DNA of 64,000 nt from Gammaproteobacteria bacterium. GTDB lineage: Bacteria > Pseudomonadota > Gammaproteobacteria > SZUA-140. This document shows, piece by piece, positions 9,118 through 19,067 of the stretch. The notes beneath the pieces were generated by a model, which was not told the origin of the DNA, made no database searches, and worked only from the letters and a program-made list of their open reading frames with translations. The DNA lies in NCBI GenBank assembly GCA_026982565.1, contig JALSGV010000044.1, positions 8,506-72,505 of the forward strand. The letters run 5' to 3'. The translations under genes were made by a program, and so were the position numbers. How positions within the stretch are numbered: position 1 is the stretch's first letter; every line of letters starts with the position of its first letter.

Positions 9118-10119
9118 ATGCCTGAAGAATCACCCTTAGTAGAGGCTCAAAAGCAATTCACCGCCGCCCTGCCCTTCCGCGCCATGCCCGGCGAAACCAT
9201 TCCCCTCGCTGAGGCCGCGGGCCGCATCCTCCATGAGGACCTGGTGGCGCCCGAGGCCATCCCGCCCTACCCGCGCGTCATCGTGGAAGGCTTTCTGGTC
9301 CATACGGCGGCCACCGAAGGGGCTGCGGAGGACTCGCCCGTCACGTTCGACATCGTCGGCGAAGTCATGCCCGGCGACAGCGCCTGCCCTGATTTTCTGC
9401 CGGGCCAGGCCCTGCGCGTGGCCACGGGCAGCATCGTGTCCGACCAGCCATTGTCCGTGGTGCGCATGTGGGAGGCCCGCGTTGAAGGACAGCAGGTCAC
9501 CATCACCCGCCCCTTCCCGCCGCGTTTCTTCATCGAGGAACAGGGCTGCGATATCCAGCAGGGCGCCACGGTACTGGAAGCAGGCAGCCGCCTCACCACC
9601 ATGGACATCGGCAACATCGCCAGCCTGGGCATCGACACACTCAGCGTGGCGCGCCGCCCACGTGTCACCGTATTCAGTTCCGGCGACGAGGTCATTCCCT
9701 ACACGGAGCCTATGAAGCCGGGCGCCATTCGTGACAGCAATTCCGTCATGCTGTGCGCCGCCATCGACGCGGCAGGGGGCGAAGCGGCCTTCGCCGGTAT
9801 CATGAAAGACGACTTCGACCACTTTGCCGCCACCCTGAAGCAGGCGCTGCAGGACGCCGACATGGCCGTGATCTCCGGCGGCACCGCCGTGGGCGGGCAG
9901 GACTTCATCTCCGACCTGCTGCGCGCCGTGGGGGAACTCATCGTGGACGGCGTGCCCATGCGCTCGGGGCGGCCCCTGATCATGGGCGTGGCGGAAGGCA
10001 AGCCCATCGTCTGTGTCGCCGGACACCCCCCCGAGGCCCTGCGCGGCTTCCGCCTCTTCGGCGTCGCGGCGCTGGACAGGATCACCGGCCACCAGGCCGG
10101 ACTGCCCGCGGACGACTGA
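9118..10119 (+). CDS. MoeA-family molybdopterin-binding protein (N-terminal and MoCF-biosynthesis domains; C-terminal MoeA_C domain absent)
   Basis: 333 aa. MoeA-like N-terminus (ETIPLAEAAGRILHEDLVAPEAIPPY) and MoCF domain (PRVTVFSSGDEV...GAIRDSNS...ISGGTAVGGQD). Ends about 70 aa short of a canonical MoeA. Confidence 0.6.
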   Translation: MPEESPLVEAQKQFTAALPFRAMPGETIPLAEAAGRILHEDLVAPEAIPPYPRVIVEGFLVHTAATEGAAEDSPVTFDIVGEVMPGDSACPDFLPGQALRVATGSIVSDQPLSVVRMWEARVEGQQVTITRPFPPRFFIEEQGCDIQQGATVLEAGSRLTTMDIGNIASLGIDTLSVARRPRVTVFSSGDEVIPYTEPMKPGAIRDSNSVMLCAAIDAAGGEAAFAGIMKDDFDHFAATLKQALQDADMAVISGGTAVGGQDFISDLLRAVGELIVDGVPMRSGRPLIMGVAEGKPIVCVAGHPPEALRGFRLFGVAALDRITGHQAGLPADD

Positions 10120-10126
10120 CCCGCGC

Positions 10127-11167
10127 ATGCATGAACTGACCCTGACCCGTCCCGACGACTGGCACACCCACCTGCGGGATGGCGCGGCCCTGGCCACCAC
10201 CGTCCCCCATACGGCCCGCCAGTTCGCGCGCGCCATCGTCATGCCCAACCTGGCGCCGCCGGTGACGACCCTGGAACAGGCCGATGCCTACCGCGAGCGC
10301 ATCTGCGCCCACATCCCCGGAGGCACTGCGTTTACCCCCCTGATGACGCTCTACCTGACGGATGCGACCACGCCCGAGACCATCATCGCCGCCGCGGCGT
10401 CGGGGCGGATCGCCGCCGTCAAGCTCTACCCCGCCGGCGCCACCACCCATTCCAGCGCCGGCGTCACCGCGCTGGAGAAGGTTTACCCGGCCCTGGCGGC
10501 CATGGAGGAAGCGGACCTGCCCCTGCTGGTGCATGGCGAGGTGACCGATGACGACGTGGATGTCTTCGACCGCGAGAAAGTCTTCATCGAACGCTGCCTC
10601 GAACCCCTGACGGTAAAGTTTCCCGCTCTGCGCATCGTCTTCGAACACATCACCACGGCGGACGCCGTCGATTTCGTGCACGCGGCGCCGCGCACCGTCG
10701 CCGCCACCATCACCCCGCAGCACCTGCTGTTCAACCGCAACGCCCTGCTGGTGGGCGGCGTGCATCCCCATCACTACTGCCTGCCGGTGCTGAAGCGGGA
10801 ACGCCACCGCCGCGCCCTGCGGGAGGCGGCCACCAGCGGCCATCCGCGTTTTTTCCTCGGCACCGACAGCGCCCCCCACGAACGGCGGCGCAAGGAGTCC
10901 GCCTGCGGCTGCGCGGGCATCTACTCGGCCCACGCCGCCCTGGAACTGTATGCCGGCGTCTTCGAGGAGGCCGGCGCCCTGGACAGGCTGGAAGGCTTCT
11001 GCGCCCTCCATGGCGCGGCCTTCTACCGCCTGCCCGTCAACACGAACCGCGTGCGCCTGGTGCGGGAACCGTGGCAGGTACCGGACAGTTATGAACTGGG
11101 TGACGGGCGGGTGATTCCCCTGTGCGCGGGCGCGACACTGAACTGGCGGCTCGTCCATGAACACTGA
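10127..11167 (+). CDS. pyrC: Dihydroorotase (type II, E. coli-like)
   Basis: Start at [19 protein letters not shown] (E. coli: KIRRPDDWHLHLRDG). [24 protein letters not shown] and FLGTDSAPH are conserved. The ORF-track start at 10013 overlaps the upstream gene and is not conserved. Confidence 0.9.
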   Translation: MHELTLTRPDDWHTHLRDGAALATTVPHTARQFARAIVMPNLAPPVTTLEQADAYRERICAHIPGGTAFTPLMTLYLTDATTPETIIAAAASGRIAAVKLYPAGATTHSSAGVTALEKVYPALAAMEEADLPLLVHGEVTDDDVDVFDREKVFIERCLEPLTVKFPALRIVFEHITTADAVDFVHAAPRTVAATITPQHLLFNRNALLVGGVHPHHYCLPVLKRERHRRALREAATSGHPRFFLGTDSAPHERRRKESACGCAGIYSAHAALELYAGVFEEAGALDRLEGFCALHGAAFYRLPVNTNRVRLVREPWQVPDSYELGDGRVIPLCAGATLNWRLVHEH

Positions 11168-11804
11168 AGGGGACGCCGGAAAACCGCGCCTCGCCACCCG
11201 CTTCCGCGGCTACATGCCCGTGGTGGTGGACGTTGAAACCGGCGGTTTCGACGCGCGCAAGGACGCCCTCCTGGAAATCGCCACCGTCCTGCTCAACATG
11301 GATGAGGAAGGCCGCCTGTCGCGGGGGGAAACCATTGCATTTCACGTGGAACCCTTCGAGGGCGCCAATCTGGATCCCAAGTCCCTGGCCTTCACGGGCA
11401 TCGACCCCTACCACCCCTTCCGTTTCGCCGTTCCCGAGATGGAGGCCATGCGCAAGACATTCCAGGCCATCCGCACGGCCCAGAAAGAGGCCGGCTGCAA
11501 CCGCACCATCCTGGTGGGCCACAACCCCGGCATGGACCTGGCCTTCGTCAATGCCGCGGCGCAACGCTGCAATCTCAAGCGCAACCCCTTCCATCCCTTC
11601 AGCACCTTCGACACCGCCTCCCTGGCGGGCGTGGCCTACGGCCAGACCGTGCTGGCGCGCGCCGTGCAGGCGGCGGGACTGCCGTGGGACAATGACAGGG
11701 CGCACTCCGCCATCTACGACGCCGAAGTGACCGCCGACCTGTTCTGCGCCATCGTCAACGCCTGGGATGAGTGCCGGAAAAAAGGGGGGCGGGAAAAGGA
11801 TTGA
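11157..11804 (+). CDS. rnt: Ribonuclease T
   Basis: 215 aa; [28 protein letters not shown]...[10 protein letters not shown]...[11 protein letters not shown]...[18 protein letters not shown] is near-collinear with E. coli RNase T. Overlaps the pyrC stop. Confidence 0.95.
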   Translation: MNTEGDAGKPRLATRFRGYMPVVVDVETGGFDARKDALLEIATVLLNMDEEGRLSRGETIAFHVEPFEGANLDPKSLAFTGIDPYHPFRFAVPEMEAMRKTFQAIRTAQKEAGCNRTILVGHNPGMDLAFVNAAAQRCNLKRNPFHPFSTFDTASLAGVAYGQTVLARAVQAAGLPWDNDRAHSAIYDAEVTADLFCAIVNAWDECRKKGGREKD

Positions 11805-12367
11805 GCCCTCACCCCTTCCAGAGGGTGTCGCAAAAGCCCCTCTCCCGCCGGAGGGTGTTGTAAAAGGTCTTTGCCACTCAATCGCCCCAGCAGCACACCG
11901 GGTAACTGGCTGACATCCACCGGCGGCATGAAGTGGCCCCGGTTCGCCTGCCAGCAGCGGCTGGCCGGGAAGATCGTGCGCCACCACCGGCGCCAACGGG
12001 CAAGCGTCTGTGGATAAAGATCGAGTTGCTCGATCAACTGCTGCCGACGCTTTGCGCTGAGACCATACTCCATGGCCGTCACCAGTATCACCAGGACACC
12101 CAGATAGACCTTGCGCCCGAGAAAACGCACCGATGGCGGGGTGCAGCGGCGCCGGCATCCCTCGGTGGCGCAACAAAAACTCAGGCGCCTCTCATAGGTC
12201 TCATCCAGTGCACAACGGATACCCCGGGGCTTGCGTGGATAATGGGCTACATGCAGCGTACTGCCACAATGAGCGCAGCCTTCTGATTGAGCCTCGTCGG
12301 CGATTTCCTGATCAATACGAAAGAGAAACTGATAAAATCTGGAATCATTGAAAAATGCATGACACAC
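11714..12367 (-). CDS. Cys-rich hypothetical protein (putative zinc-ribbon; CxxC...CC...C); the 3' end reads through the REP element and overlaps the rnt 3' end
   Basis: 217-aa ORF; [19 protein letters not shown]...[11 protein letters not shown]...[17 protein letters not shown] recall it as a conserved hypothetical family but cannot name it. It sits at the core/island junction, next to an AT-rich stretch. Confidence 0.4.
   Translation of the reverse strand: MCHAFFNDSRFYQFLFRIDQEIADEAQSEGCAHCGSTLHVAHYPRKPRGIRCALDETYERRLSFCCATEGCRRRCTPPSVRFLGRKVYLGVLVILVTAMEYGLSAKRRQQLIEQLDLYPQTLARWRRWWRTIFPASRCWQANRGHFMPPVDVSQLPGVLLGRLSGKDLLQHPPAGEGLLRHPLEGVRAQSFSRPPFFRHSSQALTMAQNRSAVTSAS
11811..11875. repeat. 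REP-like element copy 2 (degenerate; GAGGGTGTCG(C/T)AAAAG as two direct half-sites after a CCCTCACCCC leader)
   Basis: ccctcaccccttccaGAGGGTGTCGCAAAAGCCCCTCTCCCGCCGGAGGGTGTTGTAAAAGG; same family as 1551-1604. Confidence 0.6.
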
Positions 12368-12740
12368 TGGACTTGCCTCCTTTTTTCTTGGTCGAAAAAC
12401 AGGAGACAGCCCCCTTGGATAATTTTCAAGTTATTTGAGGGGGTTTTTCTTTATCCATCAGATAATGTGATCAAAAATCGGGGTAAATCCATCAATTATT
12501 CTGCTCACTCTCACAAGCAGCCGGGTACAGCGTGCGGGAAACTGATCCCTTCGAGACACCCGCACCGCCAGTAGCGATGACACGGGAACGCTTCACCAGG
12601 GTCAACCGCATTCTCCAATCTGGAAACCGCCTGAAAAACACGAAGACGAAAACGACCTTGCCGCTGGCCGGTAAAATTGCGGCAAGGCAACCCATCGAGG
12701 CCATCCCGGATCATGATACTTTGATCTGAGCGCTTTCTTA

Positions 12741-13058
12741 ATGGGTCCCAATCGCTTTGTACTTAAGGTACAAGGCGATTCCATGATCGAGGCTGGGATA
12801 CTTGATGGTGATATGGTCATCATTGAACAGCGGAATTGCGCAGGAAACGGTGACATCGTTGTCGCCCTGATCGACAGGGACGAAGCAACACTGAAATGTC
12901 TTCAGCAAAATGAGGATGGGACAGTTACATTATTTCCCGCCAACCAAACAATGCAGCCCATGAATTATTCAGCGGAGCGCATAGAAATTCAGGGCGTAGT
13001 CATAGGGCAAATGCGATCATACAATACTAACCAACATAGACGCGCCAACGAAAGGTAA
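12741..13058 (+). CDS. S24 (LexA/UmuD-type) peptidase catalytic-domain protein; probably the C-terminal part of a frameshifted LexA-like gene
   Basis: 105 aa; VLKVQGDSMIEAGILDGDMVIIEQ...GDIVVALIDRDEATLKCL...TLFPANQTMQP...IEIQGVVIG is the LexA/UmuD Ser-Lys peptidase core. The upstream out-of-frame ORF 12532-12729 ends ...LPLAGKIAARQPIEAIPDHDTLI, which looks like the LexA linker/cleavage-site region. Confidence 0.55.
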   Translation: MGPNRFVLKVQGDSMIEAGILDGDMVIIEQRNCAGNGDIVVALIDRDEATLKCLQQNEDGTVTLFPANQTMQPMNYSAERIEIQGVVIGQMRSYNTNQHRRANER

Positions 13059-13063
13059 CCAGA

Positions 13064-14218
13064 ATGCAGGAAGCAACACACTACAAAGGCAGGGAGCACA
13101 GCGGCATCAAGCACTATCTTCTTGAAAGCTACCTGGAAGTACTGTTCATGATAATTGGCCAACATGAACGAAGAATATGCTACGTCGATTGCTTTTCAGG
13201 CCCTTGGAACGAAGCGAACGAGAACCTGGCTGGCACATCGATCGCGCTATCTCTGAATGTTATGCGCAAATGCCGCAACAGCCTAAGAAAACTGGGTAAA
13301 TCCGTCGAGTTTCGAGCCCTGTTCATCGAGAAGGAAAAGCATGCCTATAAAAAGCTCAACGCCTATCTGAAAGAAACCCATATAGATGGCGTCACATCAG
13401 AGGCTAAAAATGGTGAATTCCTTGACTTGCGCCCTGAGATACTGAAGTGGTGTAGCCCCAATGACTTTGTATTTTTCTTTATTGATCCGAAAGGCTGGAA
13501 GAACGCTATTGAAATACCAACACTGTCACCCCTATTGCGGCGTCAGCGATCAGAATTCCTGATAAACTTTATGTACGACTTCTTGAATCGTGCCCTTACA
13601 CAGGAACAATTTCAGGAAGATATGAACTCAATATTTGGTGAAATACCAGACACATCAGGAATGACACCGAAGGAAAGGGAAGAGCACCTGATACAGAGAT
13701 ACCTGGATTGCCTCAGATCCGTACCTACTGACAATAAAGACAGGCTACGATCAGCATATGTAAGTATATTGGACCCTATCAAAGACAGGACAAAATATCA
13801 CCTTGTTTATCTTACTCGCCACCCCTTGGGTATCGTGAAATTTATGAATGCCTCGGAAAAAATAGATATCGTACAGAAACGGGTACGCGCCAAAACAAAA
13901 CAACAGCGAAGGATCGAATCGACGAGACAGGAGGAGTTATTCTTCGACGAACCCGATTCCAGCACCACAGATACCGTGGCTATGGAAAGCGTAAAACAAT
14001 ATTGGCTAGAGAAACTTGCTACTACACCACGAGCATACGGGATAGAAGAGCTTGCAGACATGCTGGAAGAGACAAATTGGTTCGAAACAAATTTACAGCA
14101 AGCATTCAATGAGCTTATAGAGGAAGGTAAAGTGGTGAATATTGATTCTCGCGGCAAACGCCCCAAAAGGCCCGTGCACTTTGACAAGAACGAACAATTG
14201 AAAAGGACAAAGCCATGA
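13064..14218 (+). CDS. TcmP-like protein (three-Cys-motif partner protein family, as I recall TIGR04474), paralogue 1
   Basis: 384 aa. The N-terminal block HSGIKHYLLESYLEVLF...RICYVDCFSGPW parallels HSLAKHRVYEEYLLHYI...LTLIDGFAGGGVY in the second paralogue, an FxGxG-like nucleotide-binding motif. Directly followed by a Gp37/Gp68 gene with a 4-bp overlap. Confidence 0.55.
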   Translation: MQEATHYKGREHSGIKHYLLESYLEVLFMIIGQHERRICYVDCFSGPWNEANENLAGTSIALSLNVMRKCRNSLRKLGKSVEFRALFIEKEKHAYKKLNAYLKETHIDGVTSEAKNGEFLDLRPEILKWCSPNDFVFFFIDPKGWKNAIEIPTLSPLLRRQRSEFLINFMYDFLNRALTQEQFQEDMNSIFGEIPDTSGMTPKEREEHLIQRYLDCLRSVPTDNKDRLRSAYVSILDPIKDRTKYHLVYLTRHPLGIVKFMNASEKIDIVQKRVRAKTKQQRRIESTRQEELFFDEPDSSTTDTVAMESVKQYWLEKLATTPRAYGIEELADMLEETNWFETNLQQAFNELIEEGKVVNIDSRGKRPKRPVHFDKNEQLKRTKP

Positions 14219-14970
14219 GTACGCAATCTTCTATTGAATGGACCGAACAGACGTGGAATCCGGTAACAGGATGCACGAAGATATCCCCTGGATGCAAACA
14301 CTGCTATGCCGAAACTATGGCGAGGAGGCTCGAGGCCATGGGTGTTCGTGGATATGAAAATGGTTTCAGCCTTACCCTACTTCCAGAACGCCTGGGTGAA
14401 CCTCTGAAGCGCAGGAAACCGACGGTATATTTTGTTAACTCGATGAGCGACCTGTTCCATGAGGAGATTCCGGATAGCTTTATCCAACAAGTCTTCGATA
14501 TCATCAGACAAACACCTCAACACACCTATCAAATCTTGACCAAACGTGCCTACAGGATGGCGGAATTCTTCGATCATTACACTGCACCTCGAAATGCCTG
14601 GCTTGGCGTTTCAGTCGAAGATAGAAGACACGGTTTACCAAGAATCAAAGCACTCCGTAAAATATCAGCACAGATTCGGTTCTTGTCCGTAGAACCATTA
14701 CTCGAGGATCTTGGGAAAATTGATTTGCGGGATATCCATTGGGTCATTGTCGGAGGCGAATCCGGACCGAAGGCCCGCCCAATGAAGCAAGACTGGGTAA
14801 TCAATGTTCAGCGCCAGTGCGAACAACAAAATGTTGCCTTCTTCTTTAAGCAATGGGGCGGCTGGGGAGCTGACGGCAAAAAACGGGCAAAGAAACAAAA
14901 TGGCAGGACGCTATTAGGAAAGACGTGGGATGAAATGCCGACGCCTACGCTAGGCAATCAGTTTTTATAA
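14215..14970 (+). CDS. Phage Gp37/Gp68-family (DUF5131) three-Cys-motif protein
   Basis: 251 aa; SIEWTEQTWNPVTGCTKISPGCKHCYAETMA is the family's characteristic N-terminal W...WNP.TGC...GC..CYA motif (C-x6-C-x2-C), followed by VEPLLEDLG...VIVGGESGP.ARPM...W. Confidence 0.75.
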   Translation: MSTQSSIEWTEQTWNPVTGCTKISPGCKHCYAETMARRLEAMGVRGYENGFSLTLLPERLGEPLKRRKPTVYFVNSMSDLFHEEIPDSFIQQVFDIIRQTPQHTYQILTKRAYRMAEFFDHYTAPRNAWLGVSVEDRRHGLPRIKALRKISAQIRFLSVEPLLEDLGKIDLRDIHWVIVGGESGPKARPMKQDWVINVQRQCEQQNVAFFFKQWGGWGADGKKRAKKQNGRTLLGKTWDEMPTPTLGNQFL

Positions 14971-14984
14971 ATATCACCCTGATA

Positions 14985-16340
14985 TTGATAGGAGTAATAG
15001 ATTTGCCAAAAAAGGAATATGATTGGCAGCTTGGCGAGGATCCCCCAAAGATTGAACTGCACAGCCTGGCTAAACATCGTGTTTACGAAGAATACCTCCT
15101 CCACTACATCCAGGTACTAAATTCTAATCCAAAGATTCCAAAATTTCGGCTAACACTGATAGACGGCTTCGCCGGCGGCGGCGTCTATCTCGACCCAAGA
15201 AACAATAGCCTATATACCGGGTCGCCACTGCGCCTTATCAAGGCGGCAGAAGCAGCGGCTTCTGCGGTAAATGTCAAACGGCAGCAAGGAGGGGTTCGTA
15301 ACCCTTTTGAACTACAGGCTGAGTATTTCTTCATTGAAAAGAAAAAGTCAAACCATGACTATCTGAACTGGTATCTGCGCGAACAGGGTTTGGGAGAACG
15401 CCTCAATAAGGATATCTTCTCATGGCCGGGTCAGTTCACAAAATTTCTGCCAACATTAATTAGCCGTATTAGCAGCAAAGGGAAAAGTCAACGGTGTATT
15501 TTTTTATTGGACCAATACGGTTATGGAGAAATCCCGTTTCCAGATATTCAAACAATTTTCGCAAAATTGCCCCATGCCGAGATCATATTGACCTTTGCTA
15601 CAGACTGGCTCATCGACTACATGTCAAACAAGCCAGAATATCTCAAAACTCTACAACGAATCGGGATCGCTCATGAGCTAGATATCGATCAATTATTGAA
15701 CTCCAAGAACGACACACCACAATGGCGACAACTAGTCCAATTTGAATTACATAAAGCCATTCCAAAACTCAGTGGCGCACTGCATTACACCCCCTTCTTT
15801 ATTGTGTCACCAGAGGCCAACCGCTCATTCTGGTTAATCCACCTTTCAAACCATCCGCGCGCGCGTGATGTAATGACACAATTGCATTGGCAGCTGAAGA
15901 ATCACTTCACACATTATGGCGGAGCTGGACTCCATATGTTTGGCTACGACCCGATGAAAGATGAACAACTGATCGGCGTGGCCGACATGTTTGGTAATAG
16001 TGAATTTTCCTTTGACAAGATTGCAAGAAAAAGAACTATCGAAGGGATAGTAGAAGAACTTCCACGGCTGATACACCGTTTCGCTGATGGAATTCGGTTT
16101 GATGAGTTCTACCGTTTAGTCGCTAACCAAACACCCGCTACGAGCGACCATATTCGAGAAGGCGCAAATCTATTGGCAGAGATTAAGGAGCTTGAAATTC
16201 TAGGCCCCAATGGAGAAAGACGGCGGAAAGCAAATACTATTACTAATCAAGATATTATTCGACCGCCTCAGCAAAAGACCCTCAGTTTTAGCAATAATGT
16301 GCCACTTGAAAGGAAAAACGAAAAAGCAACTAAAAAGTGA
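14985..16340 (+). CDS. TcmP-like protein, paralogue 2 (longer, C-terminal extension)
   Basis: 451 aa. Shares the HS..KH...Y...Y...D.F.G.G N-terminal architecture with the 13064-14218 product, and has a mid-region FLLDQYGYGEIPF like FFFIDPKGWKNAIEIP in paralogue 1. Confidence 0.55.
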   Translation: MIGVIDLPKKEYDWQLGEDPPKIELHSLAKHRVYEEYLLHYIQVLNSNPKIPKFRLTLIDGFAGGGVYLDPRNNSLYTGSPLRLIKAAEAAASAVNVKRQQGGVRNPFELQAEYFFIEKKKSNHDYLNWYLREQGLGERLNKDIFSWPGQFTKFLPTLISRISSKGKSQRCIFLLDQYGYGEIPFPDIQTIFAKLPHAEIILTFATDWLIDYMSNKPEYLKTLQRIGIAHELDIDQLLNSKNDTPQWRQLVQFELHKAIPKLSGALHYTPFFIVSPEANRSFWLIHLSNHPRARDVMTQLHWQLKNHFTHYGGAGLHMFGYDPMKDEQLIGVADMFGNSEFSFDKIARKRTIEGIVEELPRLIHRFADGIRFDEFYRLVANQTPATSDHIREGANLLAEIKELEILGPNGERRRKANTITNQDIIRPPQQKTLSFSNNVPLERKNEKATKK

Positions 16341-16361
16341 CACATGCAACATTCTCAATCA

Positions 16362-19067
16362 TCAATCTGATATTCGCGCAAAACGCTCAAAATCTTTCAA
16401 ATGCCGTGATTCATTGATCTCGTTATGGGGGATCAGCAGGTATTTCCATGGTTTCCCGCCATGTTTTTCCGCATATTCCGAAGCATGCCGACACCACTGG
16501 GCCGCTACCTCAGCTTTGGCCAACGCTTCCGAATCCTGCATGTCGGACTTGGCTTTGGTTTCCACCATATAAATCACACGATCCGTCTCGGCCACGAAAT
16601 CCGGCACGTATTCGGGCTGTTCCGCGCCGTGCTGGTAGTAGGTCTGGAACTGCCCCTTGACAGGCCGGAACCACTTTTCCACGTCGCGCTCCAGGATAAC
16701 GGCGAACCGTCGTTCGCTGTCTGAATCGAACTTTTGTAGTGGATAGAGGCATTTTTTGAACCCACCGAACAGCATCTGCTTGATCCGGCCTTTGTCATCC
16801 ACGGTTTCACGATAATTGCGAACCGGATGCTTTTCCGACGCCGTATAGTTGCAGGGCTTGAGCTGGGTGAATCCGCGGCTGACCTTGACCTCATATCCAG
16901 CCGCTTTTTCCCAGAAATGCTCCATCATCTGGGTATGAATATGCTCGCCGATAAGCCGTCGGTCACGGTCCAATACTGCCTGAGCCTCGTCCTTGGACAG
17001 ATAGCTCAACAGGTGTCGCACAACCTGTCCAGCCAGGTCGTAGAGCAAATCGGCATGTGCGGCATAGTCGATATCGTCGTAGTCAACCAGCGTGTATACG
17101 ACATAATCTTCGAGTCGCTGCTCAGTGATACCCACTTCCGAGGCCAGGGTCTCCTGCTCGTTGGTGCGCAAGTTCTGGATGATCAGCTCCCGATCCACAG
17201 GTTGCAGGTGCAGGCCGCTCAAATCCAGGGTAAAGGGATTGAAGCCCACGGTCACTTCTCCAGTTGGAACCACCGCAATTCGGGGAATATCGATAATCTT
17301 CCGGCTGACAATCTCGGTGGTCCTGGCCACGATCGTTTCCAGATCGACTGCCTCTTTCTCCAACAGCTCACCTTGCATAGGTGTCAGGCGTTCCTTGACC
17401 CGCTCCATGATGGCCTCACGCACATGGGGCTGGTTCAGGGCTGAACTGGTGGGCACCTTGTCATGCTGCTTTTCCAGTTCATGAATCACATCAAGCACCG
17501 CACGGGCCGCCTCCTTTTCCGCTTCCTGGGTGAATACTGGCGCTTCCAGACCTTCTGGCTTGATTTCATACTGTGTTCCACCCGCACTTGTTGCCTTGGG
17601 CTCAGCCAGCCCCAAGGCTTCCTCTGCAGTGGAACCCACGGTGATGCTGATCATCCCCTCGTCATCGTCCGGTGCTTCCAGAATCACCTGTTTGAGTCGG
17701 ATGGGCGAATCTCCCCGGTTGGCCTCGTCGATGATCTCCTGAAAGCGATCATGGGCGATGATATTGAGCCTATCCACCGCACTCGCGCCGGTACGTTTCC
17801 CGTAGGGCAATCGCAAGCCGCGGCCGATGGACTGTTCGATCAAGGTACGCGCATTGGCGGCACGCAACGGCACGATGGTGTAGAGATTGGTAACATCCCA
17901 GCCCTCCTTGAGCATGTTGACGTGGATCACGATCTCAGTCGGCTCCCCCTCGCTCTCCACGGCCAGCAGCCGCTCAATCATCTCCTCTTCCGCCTTGCCG
18001 GTCTTGCTGCTGTCCACCTGGATCACCTTGTCGCGGTAACGGCCCTCGAAGAAGGCCTCGGACTGAATCAACGCCAGTAACTGCGATGCATGCGTGGTAT
18101 CACGGGCGATCACGAGCACGAAGGGTTTGACCGTTTTTACGCTGTTCTGGCGCGCATAGGTCATCAGCTCCACCTTGGTAGCCTCGTGCACACGAATGCC
18201 GTCCTCCAGCTTGATCTTTTCGATCTCCTCCGGCGTATGGCGTTTGGCGTCGAAATCGCGTTGGGTAACTACTGCTGGCTCTTTGACGAAACCGTCCTCC
18301 ATGGCACGAGCCAGGGGATAATCCATCACCACGTTCTTGAACGGCACAGGCCCACGGTTGGATTCCACGAAGGGGGTCGCCGTCAGTTCCAGGCCAAACA
18401 GGGGTTTCAATTCATTGATGGCGCGCACCCCGGCGCTGGCGCGGTAGCGGTGCGACTCATCCATCAGCAGCACCAGATCGGGCAACTCGGCGAGATAATT
18501 GAAGTAGCTGTCCCCCAGGTACTCGGACAGGCGCTTGATACGGGGACTCTTGCCGCCACGCACCTCCGAGTTGATCTTGGAAATATTGAAAATGTTAATC
18601 ACGACAGGCGACAGCAGGCTCAGATTACCCGCGCGCTGTTCATAATTGTCCCCAGTGATGATCTCTGGTGGATAGGCAGCGAACTCGGCGATGCCCTTGA
18701 ACACATACTTGGGTGTGTTGGGGGTAAAGTCCGTGATCAACTTGTCGTAGATGGTCAGGTTCGGCGCCAGCACGAAAAAGTGCTTGAAGCCATGGGCCAG
18801 GTGCAGATAGCTGATAAAAGCCCCCATCAGGCGCGTCTTACCCACACCAGTGGCCAACGCGAAACACAGCGACGGAAACTCCCGCTCGAAATCCTCCAGC
18901 GTGGGGAACTCCGCCTTGAGGATATTTAGCACCGCCTCCAGATCGCGGTCATGGCTGCGCATATCCGGTGCAGTATCCAACGCCCTGGCCAATTTCTCCA
19001 GGGACTCGGCCTGGGGAGGGCGCAGTGACAACCGCCCCTTGATGGAATTCAACACGCGCAGATTCAT
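16362..19067 (-). CDS. res: Type III restriction-modification system restriction subunit (Res; SF2 helicase-like ATPase with C-terminal nuclease)
   Basis: 901 aa. Walker A LATGVGKTRLMG, motif II LVLLMDESHRY, motif III LELTATPF. The start overlaps the mod stop by 4 bp. Confidence 0.85.
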   Translation of the reverse strand: MNLRVLNSIKGRLSLRPPQAESLEKLARALDTAPDMRSHDRDLEAVLNILKAEFPTLEDFEREFPSLCFALATGVGKTRLMGAFISYLHLAHGFKHFFVLAPNLTIYDKLITDFTPNTPKYVFKGIAEFAAYPPEIITGDNYEQRAGNLSLLSPVVINIFNISKINSEVRGGKSPRIKRLSEYLGDSYFNYLAELPDLVLLMDESHRYRASAGVRAINELKPLFGLELTATPFVESNRGPVPFKNVVMDYPLARAMEDGFVKEPAVVTQRDFDAKRHTPEEIEKIKLEDGIRVHEATKVELMTYARQNSVKTVKPFVLVIARDTTHASQLLALIQSEAFFEGRYRDKVIQVDSSKTGKAEEEMIERLLAVESEGEPTEIVIHVNMLKEGWDVTNLYTIVPLRAANARTLIEQSIGRGLRLPYGKRTGASAVDRLNIIAHDRFQEIIDEANRGDSPIRLKQVILEAPDDDEGMISITVGSTAEEALGLAEPKATSAGGTQYEIKPEGLEAPVFTQEAEKEAARAVLDVIHELEKQHDKVPTSSALNQPHVREAIMERVKERLTPMQGELLEKEAVDLETIVARTTEIVSRKIIDIPRIAVVPTGEVTVGFNPFTLDLSGLHLQPVDRELIIQNLRTNEQETLASEVGITEQRLEDYVVYTLVDYDDIDYAAHADLLYDLAGQVVRHLLSYLSKDEAQAVLDRDRRLIGEHIHTQMMEHFWEKAAGYEVKVSRGFTQLKPCNYTASEKHPVRNYRETVDDKGRIKQMLFGGFKKCLYPLQKFDSDSERRFAVILERDVEKWFRPVKGQFQTYYQHGAEQPEYVPDFVAETDRVIYMVETKAKSDMQDSEALAKAEVAAQWCRHASEYAEKHGGKPWKYLLIPHNEINESRHLKDFERFARISD

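Noticed and set aside
12290-12740. tRNA or integrase marking the island's left boundary
   Set aside because: No cloverleaf-compatible sequence and no tyrosine or serine recombinase ORF was found. The region is AT-rich non-coding DNA.
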